Assembly: GCA_964016885.1 (NCBI GenBank)
Contig: OZ024740.1
Span: 36,580,001-36,644,000, forward strand
Reading direction: 5' to 3'
From: Eledone cirrhosa
Lineage: Eukaryota
Length of the DNA: 64,000 bases
Both the position numbers and the translations under genes were made by a program. The notes beneath the pieces were generated by a model, which saw only the letters and a list, made by a program, of their open reading frames with translations, ran no database searches and was not told the DNA's origin. How positions within the stretch are numbered: position 1 is the first letter of the stretch; each line of letters opens with the position of its first letter. Below are positions 28,879-42,773 of the stretch, piece by piece.

Positions 28879-29156
28879 TGTTGTATTCCTCTCGGTACTC
28901 GTAGAGAAAACACAACGAGTTATATCAAATAATTTGTGTATTGTCCGAAAAAACCAAAAACGCCCCTCCTCGCAGTAGCAGAATAACATAAAGTAAGTGA
29001 GCAGTCTGTGACCGAGTTTTTAATACCAACGCTGACTGACTGCCCAGGTCACGTGATTCATATGCAAATGTGTGAGCACGTGTAAATTAAATAATACGAA
29101 TTTAACAGTCCATATAACAATGAGGTTGTGAGTTCGAATCCCAGTCCATACAACAG
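28879..29156 (-). repeat. Putative 5' LTR of the Mag-like element
   Basis: TGTTGTA...TACAACA inverted termini; PBS-like TGGCGTCGACGAT 8 nt downstream. Confidence 0.65.
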
Positions 29157-30916
29157 TGGTGGTGGTGATAGTGATGATGGTGTTGATGGTTGAAAGTGGA
29201 GGTAGTGATGATGGTGTTGATGGTGGTGATGGTGGTGGTGGTAGTGATGATGGTGGTGATGGTGGTAGTGATGATGTTGTTGATGGTGGTGGAGGTTGTA
29301 GTGATGATGGTGTTGATGGTTGGTGATGGAGGTAGTGATGATGGTATTGATGGTGGTGATGGTGGTGGTGGTAGTAATGATGGTGGTGATGGTGGTAGTG
29401 ATGATGTTGTTGATGATGGTGGAGGTTGTAGTGATGATGGTGTTGATGGTGGTTGTGGTGGTAGTGATGATTATGGTGGTGGTGGTGGTGGTGGTGGTGG
29501 TGGAGGTAGTGATGATGGTGTTGATGGTGGTAGTGATGATGGTGTTGATGGTGGTGACGGTGGTGGTTGTAGTGATGATGGTGGTGATGGTGGTGGTGAT
29601 GGTGGAAGTGATGATGGTGTTGATGGTGGTGGTCGTGGTGGTAGTGATGTTGGTGTTGATGGTGGTGGTGGTGGTGGTGGTGGTAGTAATGATGGTTTTC
29701 ATGGTGGTTGTAGTGTTGATGGTGTTGATCGTGGTGCTGGTGGTAGTGTTGATGGTGTAGATGGAGGTGGTCGTAGTGATGATGATGTTGATGGTGGTGG
29801 TGGTGGAAGTGTTGATGTTGTTGATGGTGGTGGTGGTAGTGTTGATGGTGATGATGGTGGTGGTTGTGTTGAGGGTGTTGATGGTGGTGGTGGTAGTAAT
29901 GATGGTGGTGATAGTGGTGGTTTTGGTGGTAGTGATGATGGTGTTGATGGTGGTGGTAGTGATGTTGATGGTGGTGATGGTGGTAGTGATGATGGTGTTG
30001 ATGGTGGTGATGGTGGTAGTGATGATGGTGTTGATGGTGGTGATGGTGGTAGTAATGATGGTATTGATGGTGGTGGTGGTAGTGATGATGGTGTTGATGA
30101 TGTTGATGGTGGTGCTAGTGATGATGGTGTTGATGGTGGTGGTGGTGGTAGTGATGATGGTGGTGATGGTGGTGGTGGTGGTAGTGATGATGGTGGTGAT
30201 GGTGGTGGTGGTGGTAGTGATGATGGTGGTGATGGTGGTGATGGTGGTAGTGATGATGGTGTTGATGGGGGTAGTGATGATGCTATTGATGGTCGTGGTG
30301 ATAGTGGTAGTGATGATGGTGTTGATGGTGGTGGTGGTAGTGATGATGGTGTTGATGGTGGTGGTGATGATGGTGGTGATGGTGGTGGTGGTGGTGGTAG
30401 TGATGATGGTGTTGATTGTGGTAGTGATGATGGTGTTAATGGTGGTGATGGTGGTAGTGATGATGGTGTTGATGGTGGTGGTGATGATGGTGGTGATGGT
30501 GGTTGTGATGATGGTGTTGGTGGTGATGATGATGGTGGTGATGGTGGTTGTGATGATGGTGTTGGTGGTAGTGATGATGGTGTTGATTGTGGTAGTGATG
30601 ATGGTGTTGATGGTGGTGCTGGTGGTTGTAATGATGGTGTTGGTGGTTTTGATGATGGTGGTGATGGTGGTGGTGGTGGTGGTGGTAGTGATGGTGGTTG
30701 TGATGGTGGTAGTGATGATGGTGTTGATGGTGGTGTTGGTGGTAGTGATGATGGTGTTGATGGTGGTGTTGGTGGTAGTGATGATGGTGGTGGTGGTGGT
30801 GGTAGTGTTGATGGTGTTGATGGTGGTGGTGGTAGTGATGATGGTATTGATGGTGGTGGTGGTGGTAGTGATAATGGTGTTGATGGTGGTGGTGGTGGTG
30901 GTAGTGTTGATGGTGT
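29157..30916. repeat. (GGT/GAT)n degenerate trinucleotide repeat
   Basis: Seen directly. Confidence 0.95.
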
Positions 30917-33590
30917 TGTAGTGACCTACATTCCGCGGGCTCACATACATTCTCTGTGCGTGATTTGGCTCAGTTCAGCCAATCAGCGCCAGTAGAAGAG
31001 GATGTATCCCTACGCGCCCTGAGGAAGAAATTCCCCGCGAAGATTTGAAGAATCTCTCTCTTGTACCGGAAACTTCAAGCCAGCAACACGCATAATGTAA
31101 CAGTGAGATATTGCACCCCTAGCCTCGCCGGCTTAACGGCGCAATGGCACATTCCCTTTTGTAACCTCTTTTTATCTGTAACTTCAACCATATAAATAAA
31201 CAAACATTTCATCTCTAATTACTGCGGTTGAAGTCGTTATTATGTTACTCGTGTCTCAATGGCATCTTTAATCCATGCTGCTGGAATTGGCGACCTGACG
31301 AAAGGAATATTGTAAATAGATGGTAAATAAATCGAGGGACCTTCCCTCACGTCTATGTCAACAAGATAATCCAACGAGGATACTATCACTTACCACACTG
31401 GCAACTAACGACCACTGATTCTACCACCCCGCTAAAGTGGCGACTGCTCTATAACCAATACTGCTAAAGTGGTGACTGACGTAAGAATATCACGCAGCCC
31501 TTCTTATTCATTCAGTTTAACTTTTATTGCCACGTTGCAACTTGCGAAAATGCAGAATATTCCTTTTAAGATTTTTGAAAAATTAGCAGTATTTCAAAAA
31601 CTTTTTCGCCACGAAAAAATTTCAAGATGGCTACCGACATGTCATGGCTACGCTTGACAACAACAATGACAGCAGCAGCGACAGCGTTGTTTAACCACTG
31701 ACCAATACAGGGAACAGTGAGTGGCAGCTTACCGACGCCAACCACCACACATCGGAAATTTCAAAACGGCTTGTAACTTTACCGACGCAACCACCATACC
31801 TTCTGTCTCGTTACCACAGGGACGCGAGAAATTGAGACAGTAGTTTTCTCATCATTATGGCGTCAGACGTGACTGCCATATTTGGTGACTCCTACTCTAC
31901 AGAAGATTCTTTGACTTTGCTTTAACAATAAGCAACAAAACCTTCGGGACGGTAAAATGGCCACGAAATCTCACAAAAACACCATACATCTAACCCCTAA
32001 CGGCATTAACAAACTTCTTTTTCAGTTTTCAGATAGAACTAGTGTATGTACACTGGTGATCTGTGAACTATTTGACTTTGAAAAACTTTGAACTTATTGA
32101 GCAATTTCTCTGCTCCCCTAGATTGACTTTGAATTATCAGTTTGTTACATTCACATATTTCTTTGTAGAATGCATTTACTTGTTTTGTGCTCTTTTGCTA
32201 TTTGCTTGCTCATGGTTTTTGTTCATTCACATTCTTTGCTGTTTTACATGCCTGCATATGCACACATTTTTTATCACACCAACATGTTGTTCTTGGTATA
32301 TATTCTTCAAACGTAATATTCTGCGAGTCCCTTTTCGCCTGGTTGAGATGCTGTCACATGCTAGCAGCTCACAGAGCTTAATCTACTGGATTCAAACAGG
32401 CACCGCAACACGAGAATACATTGCAGCTGAACTCAAACAGCTTCGCATCTCGTTGCACACTGATCGTCCATGACGGCCATCCCTCTTGTTGTTTTTGCCC
32501 GACTCGCTGGGAAAGCAACAAATTGAACTGGACTTGTTAGCATTTCGGCCACTTCTGTGGATTCGCCCGAATTATGGAATTTACACTGCAACCCACCTAC
32601 AGATTAAACTTGCCTTTTGTTCTTTACAAAGCAACCAGCCATTTTTTCCTGGCTCCACAGCACATTCGACAATACATCTGGGGGCCATCATTTTCTCGCC
32701 AGCACTGGTAAACTACCATAATAGCTTCGTTCACAGCTACTGGTACAACGCTTACCATTAACATTTAATGCAAGAACAGCAACTTCGCCCATGTCAGACT
32801 TTATCCGTTTTTTGTTAGACCTTTGGCGGTCACGTATAAACAACAAAACAACTGGTCATTTGACACAGCGGCTCAACACGGCCCGTAGCGCCTCATTTTT
32901 TGTTCTTGCATGCAACCTTCTGCTCAATTATTTTTTCACTGATGTGCTCTTTCAGCATTTGTTCTTGCTGATTCAATAATATGTGGGTCCTTGGTTTCTT
33001 CGTTATCGATTTTCGGCTGAAAATCTGGTTGGAGGTGATGTAGTGACCTACATTCCGCGGGCTCACATACATTCTCTGTGCGTGATTTGGCTCAGTTCAG
33101 CCAATCAGCGCCAGTAGAATAGGATGTATCCCTGCGCGCCCTGACGAAGAAATTCCCCTCGAAGATTTGAAGAATCTCTCTCTTGTACCGGAAACTTCAA
33201 GCCAGCAACACGCATAATGTAACAGTGAGATATTGCGCTCCTAGCCTCGCCGGCTTAACGGCGCAATGGCACATTCCCTTTTGTAACCTCTTTTTATCTG
33301 TAACTTCAACCATATAAATAAACAAACATTTCATCTCTAATTACTGCGGTTGAAGTCGTTATTATGTTACTCGTGTCTCAATGGCATCTTTAATCCATGC
33401 TGCTGGAATTGGCGACCTGACGAAAGGAATATTGTAAATAGATGGTAAATAAATCGAGGGATCTTCCCTCACGTCTATGTCAACAAGATAATCCAACGAG
33501 GATACTATCACTTACCACACTGGCAACTAACGACCACTGATTCTACCACCCCGCTAAAGTGGCGACTGCTCTATAACCAATACTGCTAAA
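30917..33590 (+). mobile_element. Non-autonomous LTR retroelement with 552 bp LTRs (30917-31468, 33039-33590)
   Basis: Near-identical LTRs (~7 substitutions by eye), PBS-like TGGTGAC at 31470, purine-rich tract before 33039, 4 bp TSD GTGT; no recognisable intact ORF. Confidence 0.88.
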
Positions 33591-35460
33591 GTGTTGAAGG
33601 TGGTGGTGGTGGTGGTAGTGATGATGTTGTTGATGGTGGTGGTAGTGATGATGGTGTTGATGGTGGTGGTGGTGGTAGTGTTGATGGTGTTGATGGTGGT
33701 GGTGGTGGTAGTAGTGATGATGGTGTTGATGGTGGTGGTGGTAGTGATTATGGTGTTGATGGTAGTGATGGTGGTGGTGTTGATGCTGGTGATGTTGGTG
33801 TTGATGGTGGTGGTGGTGGTGATGGTATTGGTAGCGATGATGGTGTTGATGGTGGTTGTGGTGGTGGTGGTGGTAGTGGTAGCGATGATGGTGTTGATGG
33901 TGGTGGTGGTTGTGGTAGTGATGATGGCGTTGATGGTGGTGGTGGTGGTGGTATTGTTGATGGTGTTGATGGTTGAGGTGGTGCTAGTGATGATGGTGTT
34001 GATGGTGGTGGTAGTGATGATGCTGTTGATGGTGTGGTGGTGGTGGTAGTGATGATGGTGTTGATGGTGGTGGTGGTGATGGTGGTGGTAGTGATGATGG
34101 AGTTGATGGTGGTGGTGGTGGTAGTGTTGATGATGTTGATGGTGGTGATGGTTGTAGTGATGATGGTGTTGATGGTGGTGGTGGTGGTAATGTTGATGGT
34201 GTTGATGGTGGTAGCTATGATGGTGTTGGCGGTGGTGGTGGTGTTAGTGTTGATGGTGTTAATGGTGGTGATGGTTGTAGTGGTGATGGTTTTGATGGTG
34301 GTGGTGCTGGTAGTGTTGATGGTGTTGATGGTGGTGGTGGAAGTGTTGATGGTGTTGATGGTGGTGGTGGTGGTGGTAGTGATGATGGTGTTGATGGTGT
34401 GGTGGTGGTGGTGGTGGTAGTGTTGATGGTGATGATGGTGGTGGTAGTGTTGATGGTGTTGATGGTAGTGGTGGTAGTGATGATGGTGTTGATGGTGGTG
34501 GTGTTGGAAGTATTGATGGTGTTGATGGTGATGGTGGGGGTAGTGTTGATGGAGTTGATGGTGGTGGTGGTAGTTATGATGGTGTTGATGGTGGTGGTGG
34601 TGGAAGTGTTGATGGTGTTGATGGTGGTGATGGTGGTAGTGTTGATGGTGTTTATGGTGGTGGTAGTGTTGATGGTGTTGATGGTGGTGTTGGTGGTGGT
34701 AGTGATGATGGTGTTGATGGTAGTGTTGGTGGTAGTGATGATGGTTTTGATGGTGCTGGTGGTGGTAGTGATGATGGTGTTGATGGTGCTGGTGGTGATG
34801 ATTGTGTTGATGGTGGTGGTGGTGATCAACAACGAGAAAAACAACACCAACACCAACACCAACATCACCAACAACAACACCAACACCAACATCAACACCA
34901 ACAACAACAACACCAACACCACCAACAACAACACCAACACCAACAACAACAACACCAGCAACACCAAGAGCAACACCACCTACTCCACCAACAACAAGAT
35001 CAACAACACCACCAGCAACAACACCTACACCACCACCAACCACCACCACCAACAGCATCATCACCACCACCAACAACAACAACACTACCACCACCACCAT
35101 CACCACCAAAAACACCAACACCACCGACAACAACACCACAATACCACCACCACTACCACCACCACCACCACCACCACCACCACCACCACCACCACCACCA
35201 CTACCACCATCTCCACCACCACCACCATCACCACCACCACCACCACCAACACTACCACCACCACCACCACCACCACCACCACCACCACCACCATCACTAA
35301 CACCACCACCGCCATCACTAACACCACCACCACCACTACCACCATCACCACCACCACCACCACCACCAACACCAACACCACCACCACCACCACCACCACC
35401 ACCATCACCACCACCACCACCACCACCATCATCACCACCACCACCACCACCACCACCACC
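33591..35460. repeat. (GGT/GAT)n switching to (AAC/ACC)n at ~34825
   Basis: Seen directly. Confidence 0.95.
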
Positions 35461-35522
<62 letters not shown>

Positions 35523-36136
35523 AATTCTCTCTCTCTCTCTCTCACTCTCTCTCTCTCTCATATTCTCTCTCTATTTCTGTCTTATTTTATGTTCCTCTCC
35601 ATTTCTCTCTCTCAGTATTTCTATCTATTTCTGTGACATACAATTTCCTTCTTTCTATCAATCATACGTACACCCCCACCCCTACATATACATTCACACT
35701 GAAACACACACACACACACACATACATACACACACACACACACACACATACACACAAACACACAAACACACACACACGCGTTCTTTCTTCCCTCTCTCCA
35801 TCATTGCACCCTCTTCTCTTTCAAAATAGAAAGACACTCACACACACCGACACACACACACACACATAGACACACACACCCACCCACCCAGACACACACA
35901 CACACCCACTCTGCGAGTCTTCGTCTCTGTCCCTCCTACCATTTTCACACACTCATAACCACGTGCACTCATACACAAGCACATGTTCTCCCCCCATCCT
36001 CACGCCGTCATCACACCTCTCACTCCCTCCCCTTCTCTCTAACGACAACTACACACATCTCACTCACTTTCTCTGCAATTCTCCGCCTCTGTTCTTTCTA
36101 TCATTTCAGATACTTAGACTCACGTACACACTCCTG

Positions 36137-36316
<180 letters not shown>

Positions 36317-36584
36317 ACTAGAGCAAGGTTAACGAGTGGACGACAAAAACTTTTAAAGTTCAAGGACTTTTTAGTCACTTTTAAGTGTAACGTATTTTTT
36401 GCTCATTGACGGAGTCTGAGTGAGTTCTACTTAAATAAGGAAGACAGATACGTGTTGCTTTTTTCTTGGATGTAACGAAGAGTTTACTTTACATTTAACC
36501 CTTTAGCATTTACATTACTTTATATTTACTTTTATGTTTTCACAGTAAAGACTTTATGTCACATAATTATCTCACATAATATCA

Positions 36585-36775
36585 AGCGGTGGATTGGCAG
36601 TATCGGTAGAGGGTCGGACGCCATGCTTTGACGCATAGAGTTACGGGCCTTGCCATTCTGAGTTCAAATCCCGCCGAGGTTAACATTGCCTTTCATCCTT
36701 ACGGGGTCGATAAAATAAAGTACCAGTAATACACTGGGTAATTTGCTGGCCTTGTGCCAAAAGTAGAAACAATAA
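36585..36775 (+). mobile_element. Full-length tRNA-derived SINE with Nin/Deu-like domain
   Basis: A box TGGCAGTATCGG, B box GAGTTCAAATCC, then GCCTTTCATCC..GGTCGATAAA..GTACCAG; (ATA)n tail. Confidence 0.8.
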
Positions 36776-36957
36776 TATCAAATCTACAAGATATTAATAT
36801 TATTTATTTTGAGAAAAATACCTTAACATAAGTGCGTGTAGCCATTTACAGCCGGTTTGAACAAATAGAAGTAACAGAAACTGACTAATACAGTGATGCA
36901 TGTGTCAATATATATATATATATATATAGAAGTGGTTACACAACAGTTAGTTCACCA

Positions 36958-37000
36958 TACCGAGAACAATTGTTTCACCTTAGCGGATCCTCAGCTCGTA
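36958..37000 (-). ncRNA. Minimal type I hammerhead
   Basis: TACGAG-CTGAGGA-TCCGCTAAGGT-GAAA-CAATTG-TT-CTCGGTA. Confidence 0.7.
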
Positions 37001-37126
37001 ATGGACATGGTTATACGGAACAGGAAGGACAACCATGTATGTAAAAGGTAAACAGTAATAACAACACAATCGGTACAGTATGTGGAAGGGATATATTAGG
37101 TTAACGCTTGATATAGCAGGAAGAGA

Positions 37127-37163
37127 ATCTTAACGTTTCGGATGCTAGTCCTTCATCAGAAGA
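37127..37163 (-). ncRNA. Minimal type I hammerhead
   Basis: TCTT-CTGATGA-A-GGA CTAGCA TCC-GAAA-CG-TT-AAGA. Confidence 0.75.
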
Positions 37164-37488
37164 AAGAATGAGAAATAAGATAGATTGAGGGAACGGGCGT
37201 GTGGAAAATTAACACACACACATATATATATACACACACACACATTGTGTTATACAGTGCTATATGTATATACATATATATACATATATATGTGTGTTGT
37301 GTGTGTGTGTTGTGTCTCATTATATAAGCATAAACTAATAAGAAAATAAGGAAAATTTGTAGTCTAAATATATCTCCCACTGCCACATTTTAACACATAC
37401 AGATATATTTTAGCATTCACATACATACACACATACTCCCTGCTCTCTCTCCCTCTCTCTTTCTCTTTCTCTCTCCCTCTCTTCCTCT

Positions 37489-37550
<62 letters not shown>

Positions 37551-37557
<7 letters not shown>

Positions 37558-37898
37558 ACAAGGACGATTGGTTACTCCTTCATTACATTTATTGGTTGGT
37601 GACGTGCGTTTCGCCACTTATCAGCTCGACGGACCCCTTAAAATGCTAGCATTTTAAGGGGTCCGTCGAGCTGCAGATTACAGAGTCGGGTAAGATCGAT
37701 ACAGATCGAACATTGAGCTGATCAGTGGCGAAACGCGCGTCACCAACCAATAAATGTAATGGAGGAGTAACCAATCGTCCTTGTTATCTTATTTCACTAT
37801 AATACACTCTGTATAGCTCTACACCTCGACACTGAAGTAAACCTAAACATCGAGTGCTCACCCGGGTGAACCTGCAGTAACTCCAAGTTACACTCCCT

Positions 37899-37900
<2 letters not shown>
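37551..37900 (+). mobile_element. Second fold-back cassette of the 14564 family
   Basis: Same arms and tail; extra perfect 50 bp palindrome at 37623-37672. Confidence 0.7.
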
Positions 37901-37949
<49 letters not shown>

Positions 37950-37967
37950 TATACATATATATATATA

Positions 37968-38015
<48 letters not shown>

Positions 38016-38116
38016 TATACCTATATATATATATATATACCTATATATATATATATATATATATACATATGCATATATATATATATATATACATATGCAT
38101 ATATATATATATATGC

Positions 38117-38153
<37 letters not shown>

Positions 38154-38248
38154 TTTACGTATATATATATATATATATTCATACACACACATATATATAT
38201 GTGTGTGTATGTATATATATGTATATATGTATATATATATATGTATAT

Positions 38249-38288
<40 letters not shown>

Positions 38289-38291
38289 ATA

Positions 38292-38323
<32 letters not shown>

Positions 38324-38372
38324 CACATATATATATATACATATATATACATATATATACATATATATATAT

Positions 38373-38483
<111 letters not shown>

Positions 38484-38540
38484 TATATATATACACATAT
38501 ATAAATACATATATATACATATATATACATATATATATAT

Positions 38541-38602
<62 letters not shown>

Positions 38603-38607
38603 TATAT

Positions 38608-38689
<82 letters not shown>

Positions 38690-38857
38690 GCAGACACGAA
38701 CAAACACATATATACATTTTGACACACAATCTCACGCACCTGCTTCGGAAGAGATTCTAAACTGTCATGACTGTGCAAATATCTGACAGCCGTGACAGTC
38801 AACTCCTCAAACAATCTCCAACTCATCACTATCACAATTCCTGTGTCCCATTCCTTC

Positions 38858-39010
38858 GTGTTTAGCTGTAGCTGCCTGGTGATAGTGTATAGTTGTAGCT
38901 TCCTTGTTACAGTGTTTAGTTGTAGCTGTTTGGTGATAGTGCTTAGATTTACTTTCCTTGTTATAGTGTTTAGATATAGCTGTCTGTTGATAGCGTTTAG
39001 TTGTAGCAGT
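38858..39010. repeat. ~5 x 30 bp degenerate minisatellite
   Basis: Unit approximately GTGTTTAGTTGTAGCTGYCTGGTGATA, with variants. Confidence 0.7.
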
Positions 39011-39053
39011 GTGGTTACCCCCGATTGAACCCGGAATAACTTATATATATATA

Positions 39054-39124
<71 letters not shown>

Positions 39125-39265
39125 GATATTAAATAAATGGAAGCTATATTTATAAAACCATATTTATTTCATTATATCGTAAACATACTCCAAACACTTG
39201 TTGAGTGCTGTTATATCAGTTATAAATATTTACTAGTTGTAACCCAACAATTTAAATATAACTTT

Positions 39266-39363
<98 letters not shown>

Positions 39364-39494
39364 TATAATATATATATAATATATATATAATATATATAAT
39401 ATATATATATATATATATACAGGGTGTCCCAAAAAAGTATACATATATATACACATTTATGTATTTGTTCTGCAAGATTCTTAATGTGATATTC

Positions 39495-40565
39495 TTCTAT
39501 TTAGCGATGATTATGTTGCCAATATTACCAATAGAAAGAAACCCATGCACCATATAATATTCACTTTATCTTTCTCTTTATTGTTCGTTATTCATTTGTT
39601 TATAAAAGTTCTTTCGTCACGCATTCTGTGGCTTCCTCTTTTTCCTGGTTTTAAACTTCTGCTCCATCTTGTCTTTGTTTGTTTTGTGGTACGTGTTTTG
39701 AGTTTTGTGTCTGCGCATGCGTTTGCGCCTGTGTCTGTGTCTATGTGTGTATGTATTTTTGTGTTTGTCATGTCTACGTGTGTTTTATGTGTGCGTGGGT
39801 GGGTGGGTGGTGGTGTTGTCTTTTTTCCCCTCCAATGTTTGTCATGTCTATTTTATAGACTATATAGTTCCTATCAGTACAGAGGGTTTTCCTAAGAGGA
39901 TATGTCCTACTGATCCGGGATTTTATGGTATCTCTTGGTTTTTCTACTACTTTAATCCTAAGGTCCATTTTGTCTAAATCTCTTCTAAAATGATACGCTA
40001 GTTCGTCTCTAGGAATAGCATTGACAAACATGACACTCTGGTGTTTTGGGCTGCCATACCAGGGATTAGCTTTCCCTAATTTTTTCTTAGTCATTTCTAA
40101 GCTATTCCATGATTTTCTCCTGAATAGTGGGCAAATCCCATTCGTATCATTCTCCATAATAGTTTTGAATGTAGCCATGGCTGCTATGTACACATTGATC
40201 TTGTCTCTTTGGTTATAACCAGAGAACTGCATGCGGTGAATGAAGCGCTGTATGTGTAACCTTAACTCTGTTCGATCGCACATACGTGACACATTTCTCA
40301 TCACACTTATCAGGTCTGCTATCAAGATATTGAACCTAGCACTATCTGAGATAGCTGAGATCGAGTTGATCAGGTACTTGAAGGCTATGCGTTTGGTATT
40401 ATGTGAATGTAAGATTTGGGCTTTCTCATTCCAAGTTTTCATCCAGAGTTCTGTGTATAACATGCTTGGAGTGCTTAGTGGGGTGGTCTACAGTTATTTT
40501 CATGCCCTGGTTGATGGAGTTAACTATTTGCTGGATGATCTCCATGGTGCTAGCTTCTAATTCCA
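39495..40565 (-). mobile_element. PLE family B fragment with internal deletion
   Basis: ORF 39774-40463 homologous to 46644-47960 (RMQFSGYNQRD, SVMFV). Confidence 0.8.
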
Positions 40566-40705
40566 TAAAATCCCGGATCAGAAGGACATACCTCTTTAGG
40601 AAACCCCTGTACTTATACAAACTGTATAGTCTGTAAGCCTACACATAATCTATAAACTAGAAATCTAGTCTATAGGATAAAATTTACAGAAGGTCGATGT
40701 AGAAA

Positions 40706-41490
40706 TCTATATACATAAATGGCAATTTCTGTCTGTTTGTGAACCTAAAACTCAAAAACTACCAAACCGATCTTTAAGAAACTTGACACGTGTGTGGGGC
40801 TCATGCCCATTTGATTTCTTACGTATATTTCATTTTAATCAAAGGGTTCCCCGGGTGTTCAAACCCCCGCTGAGAACCCCCGCTTCATTTTGTCCCTTCG
40901 ATTTATATGAAATTTAAACCATAGGTAAATGACAAGATATGATGCCTATTCACAACATTTCAGCAAATTTCAATAATATTAAGACACCCTAATGGGGGGT
41001 TAAACCCATACAGTGAAAATTTTGGCCAATAAATGGAACAAGATTTCACGAACTCCACGTATGGTTTTGGAGATAGACCCTCATAAACATATATATTCTG
41101 AAACTACATTACTCAGGGTACCTGGATAAGTATATTTCATTTTAATCAAAGGGTTCCCCGCTGAACATTTTTTCCCTTCGATTTATATGAAATTTAAATC
41201 ATAGGTAAATGACAAGATATGATGTCTATTCACAAAATTTCAGCAATAAAACCCCCTAATGAGGGTTCTTTTTTTTTCCTTATCGCAGCACTCAACTTCT
41301 CTGACAAACATTTTTTCGCCTGACCAATGCAATCAACAATATTTGTTTACATTATTGTTTCGTAAATGAATTTGTCTTCGCTTTTGATTATCTGTTATTT
41401 TGATTTCATTTTTGGTCTGAGAGGCATTGGTAATTTTAATGGGAACTGGGAATACCCCCGCTCCCGGGTATTACCGGGTACCTCAGCTAG
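40706..41490 (+). mobile_element. Non-autonomous Helitron
   Basis: A|TCTATATACATAAA...subterminal hairpin CCGGGTATTACCGG...CTAG|T, no TSD; internal ~110 bp duplication. Confidence 0.75.
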
Positions 41491-42180
41491 TAAGAAATAA
41501 GACAACGACATACATAGGAAAGACAGCCCATAGTATAGGAGAGAGATTAAAGGAACACTGGCGAGAACTTGAGGAGGAGAAAAGCTCATCAGTGCTATAT
41601 CAACATGCCAAACTAGAACATGGGGGATCAATAGAAAACGTAGAAATAAAGCTCCTATCCACACACAAAACTTACGCAATAGTCAGACAACTTGTGGAGG
41701 CATAATAGAGGTATTAACAGAAAACACGAGTGGAATAGTAACAACTCGCAACTGGAAACAGAATAGGGAAGAAAGATACAAACTGAAACTAGCAAACAAT
41801 ACAAACCCACATGCACATAAAACACACATAGACATGACAAACATACACACAAATACATACACACACACATACACACACACATACATACACATACATACAC
41901 ACACACAGAGGAAGACGCAGGTGCAACCAGATGCAAAGAGACGAAATAATTTAAAAAACGCAAAATAAAACAAAGACAGATGGGGTTAAAGTTTAAAACC
42001 AATAAAAAGAGGAGGCACAAAACAGATAGTCATTCAGGTGTCACATATTGTGTGACGAAAGAACTTTGACAAACAAATGAATAACGAACAATAAAGGTAA
42101 AGATAAAATGAAAATTATACGGTTCATGTGCTTCTTTCTACTGGCAATATTGGCAACATGACTATCACCAAATGTAACAA
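41491..42180 (+). mobile_element. PLE family B 3' fragment (GIY-YIG C-terminus + 3' UTR)
   Basis: TYIGKTAHSIGERLKEHW..LYQHAKLEH; 3' end is the inverted homolog of 39495-39630. Confidence 0.8.
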
Positions 42181-42190
42181 TATATGCATG

Positions 42191-42265
<75 letters not shown>

Positions 42266-42288
42266 GCGCGCGCATACACACAGACACA

Positions 42289-42348
<60 letters not shown>

Positions 42349-42382
42349 TACACACAGACACAGACACACACACACACACACT

Positions 42383-42462
<80 letters not shown>

Positions 42463-42598
42463 ATAGAAGGAGCTTCTACAGGACTAGTACTAGTACTAGT
42501 CCTGTAGAAGCTCCTTCTATAAAATAAAAAAATTTTACTCTGCCATGTATTGAGTACCTTACTTACTGTGGTTATCCCCGACTCAACCCGGGACCTAC

Positions 42599-42642
<44 letters not shown>

Positions 42643-42683
42643 GAATACGGAAAATAAGTTATTCATCGGAACTCGATTTATTG

Positions 42684-42773
42684 CGTATTACAATTGTTTC
42701 CCCGGCGAACAGCTCGAAGTGCGATCTGTGTGTGGATCGACCTGACTCTGGATTCGCAGGTTCCTCAGACACG
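42684..42773 (-). ncRNA. Type I hammerhead with long stem II
   Basis: CGTGT-CTGAGGA-(CCTGCGAA..TTCGCCGGG)-GAAA-CAATTG-TA-ATACG. Confidence 0.7.

Larger units (their letters stand above)
26090..29156 (-). mobile_element. Ty3/Gypsy (Mag-like) LTR retrotransposon, 3'-truncated: 5' LTR + gag-PR-RT-RNaseH
   Basis: ATG 28727; knuckles CYRCGKAHKATDC and CHFCDKKGHLQAVC; protease MELDTA; RT RICGDY, IDLADAY, FQDD; RH LACDAS, EALA, TDHKPL; stop at 27399, deletion/frameshift ~26880; no integrase or 3' LTR. Confidence 0.92.

Noticed and set aside
19708-35829. Long poly-Q/N/T/V/L/G-D ORFs
   Set aside because: Stop-free frames of trinucleotide repeats on both strands; no domain or splice evidence
39418-39445. 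CAGGGTGTCCCAAAA Tc1/mariner-like TIR
   Set aside because: No partner TIR found; too short to support
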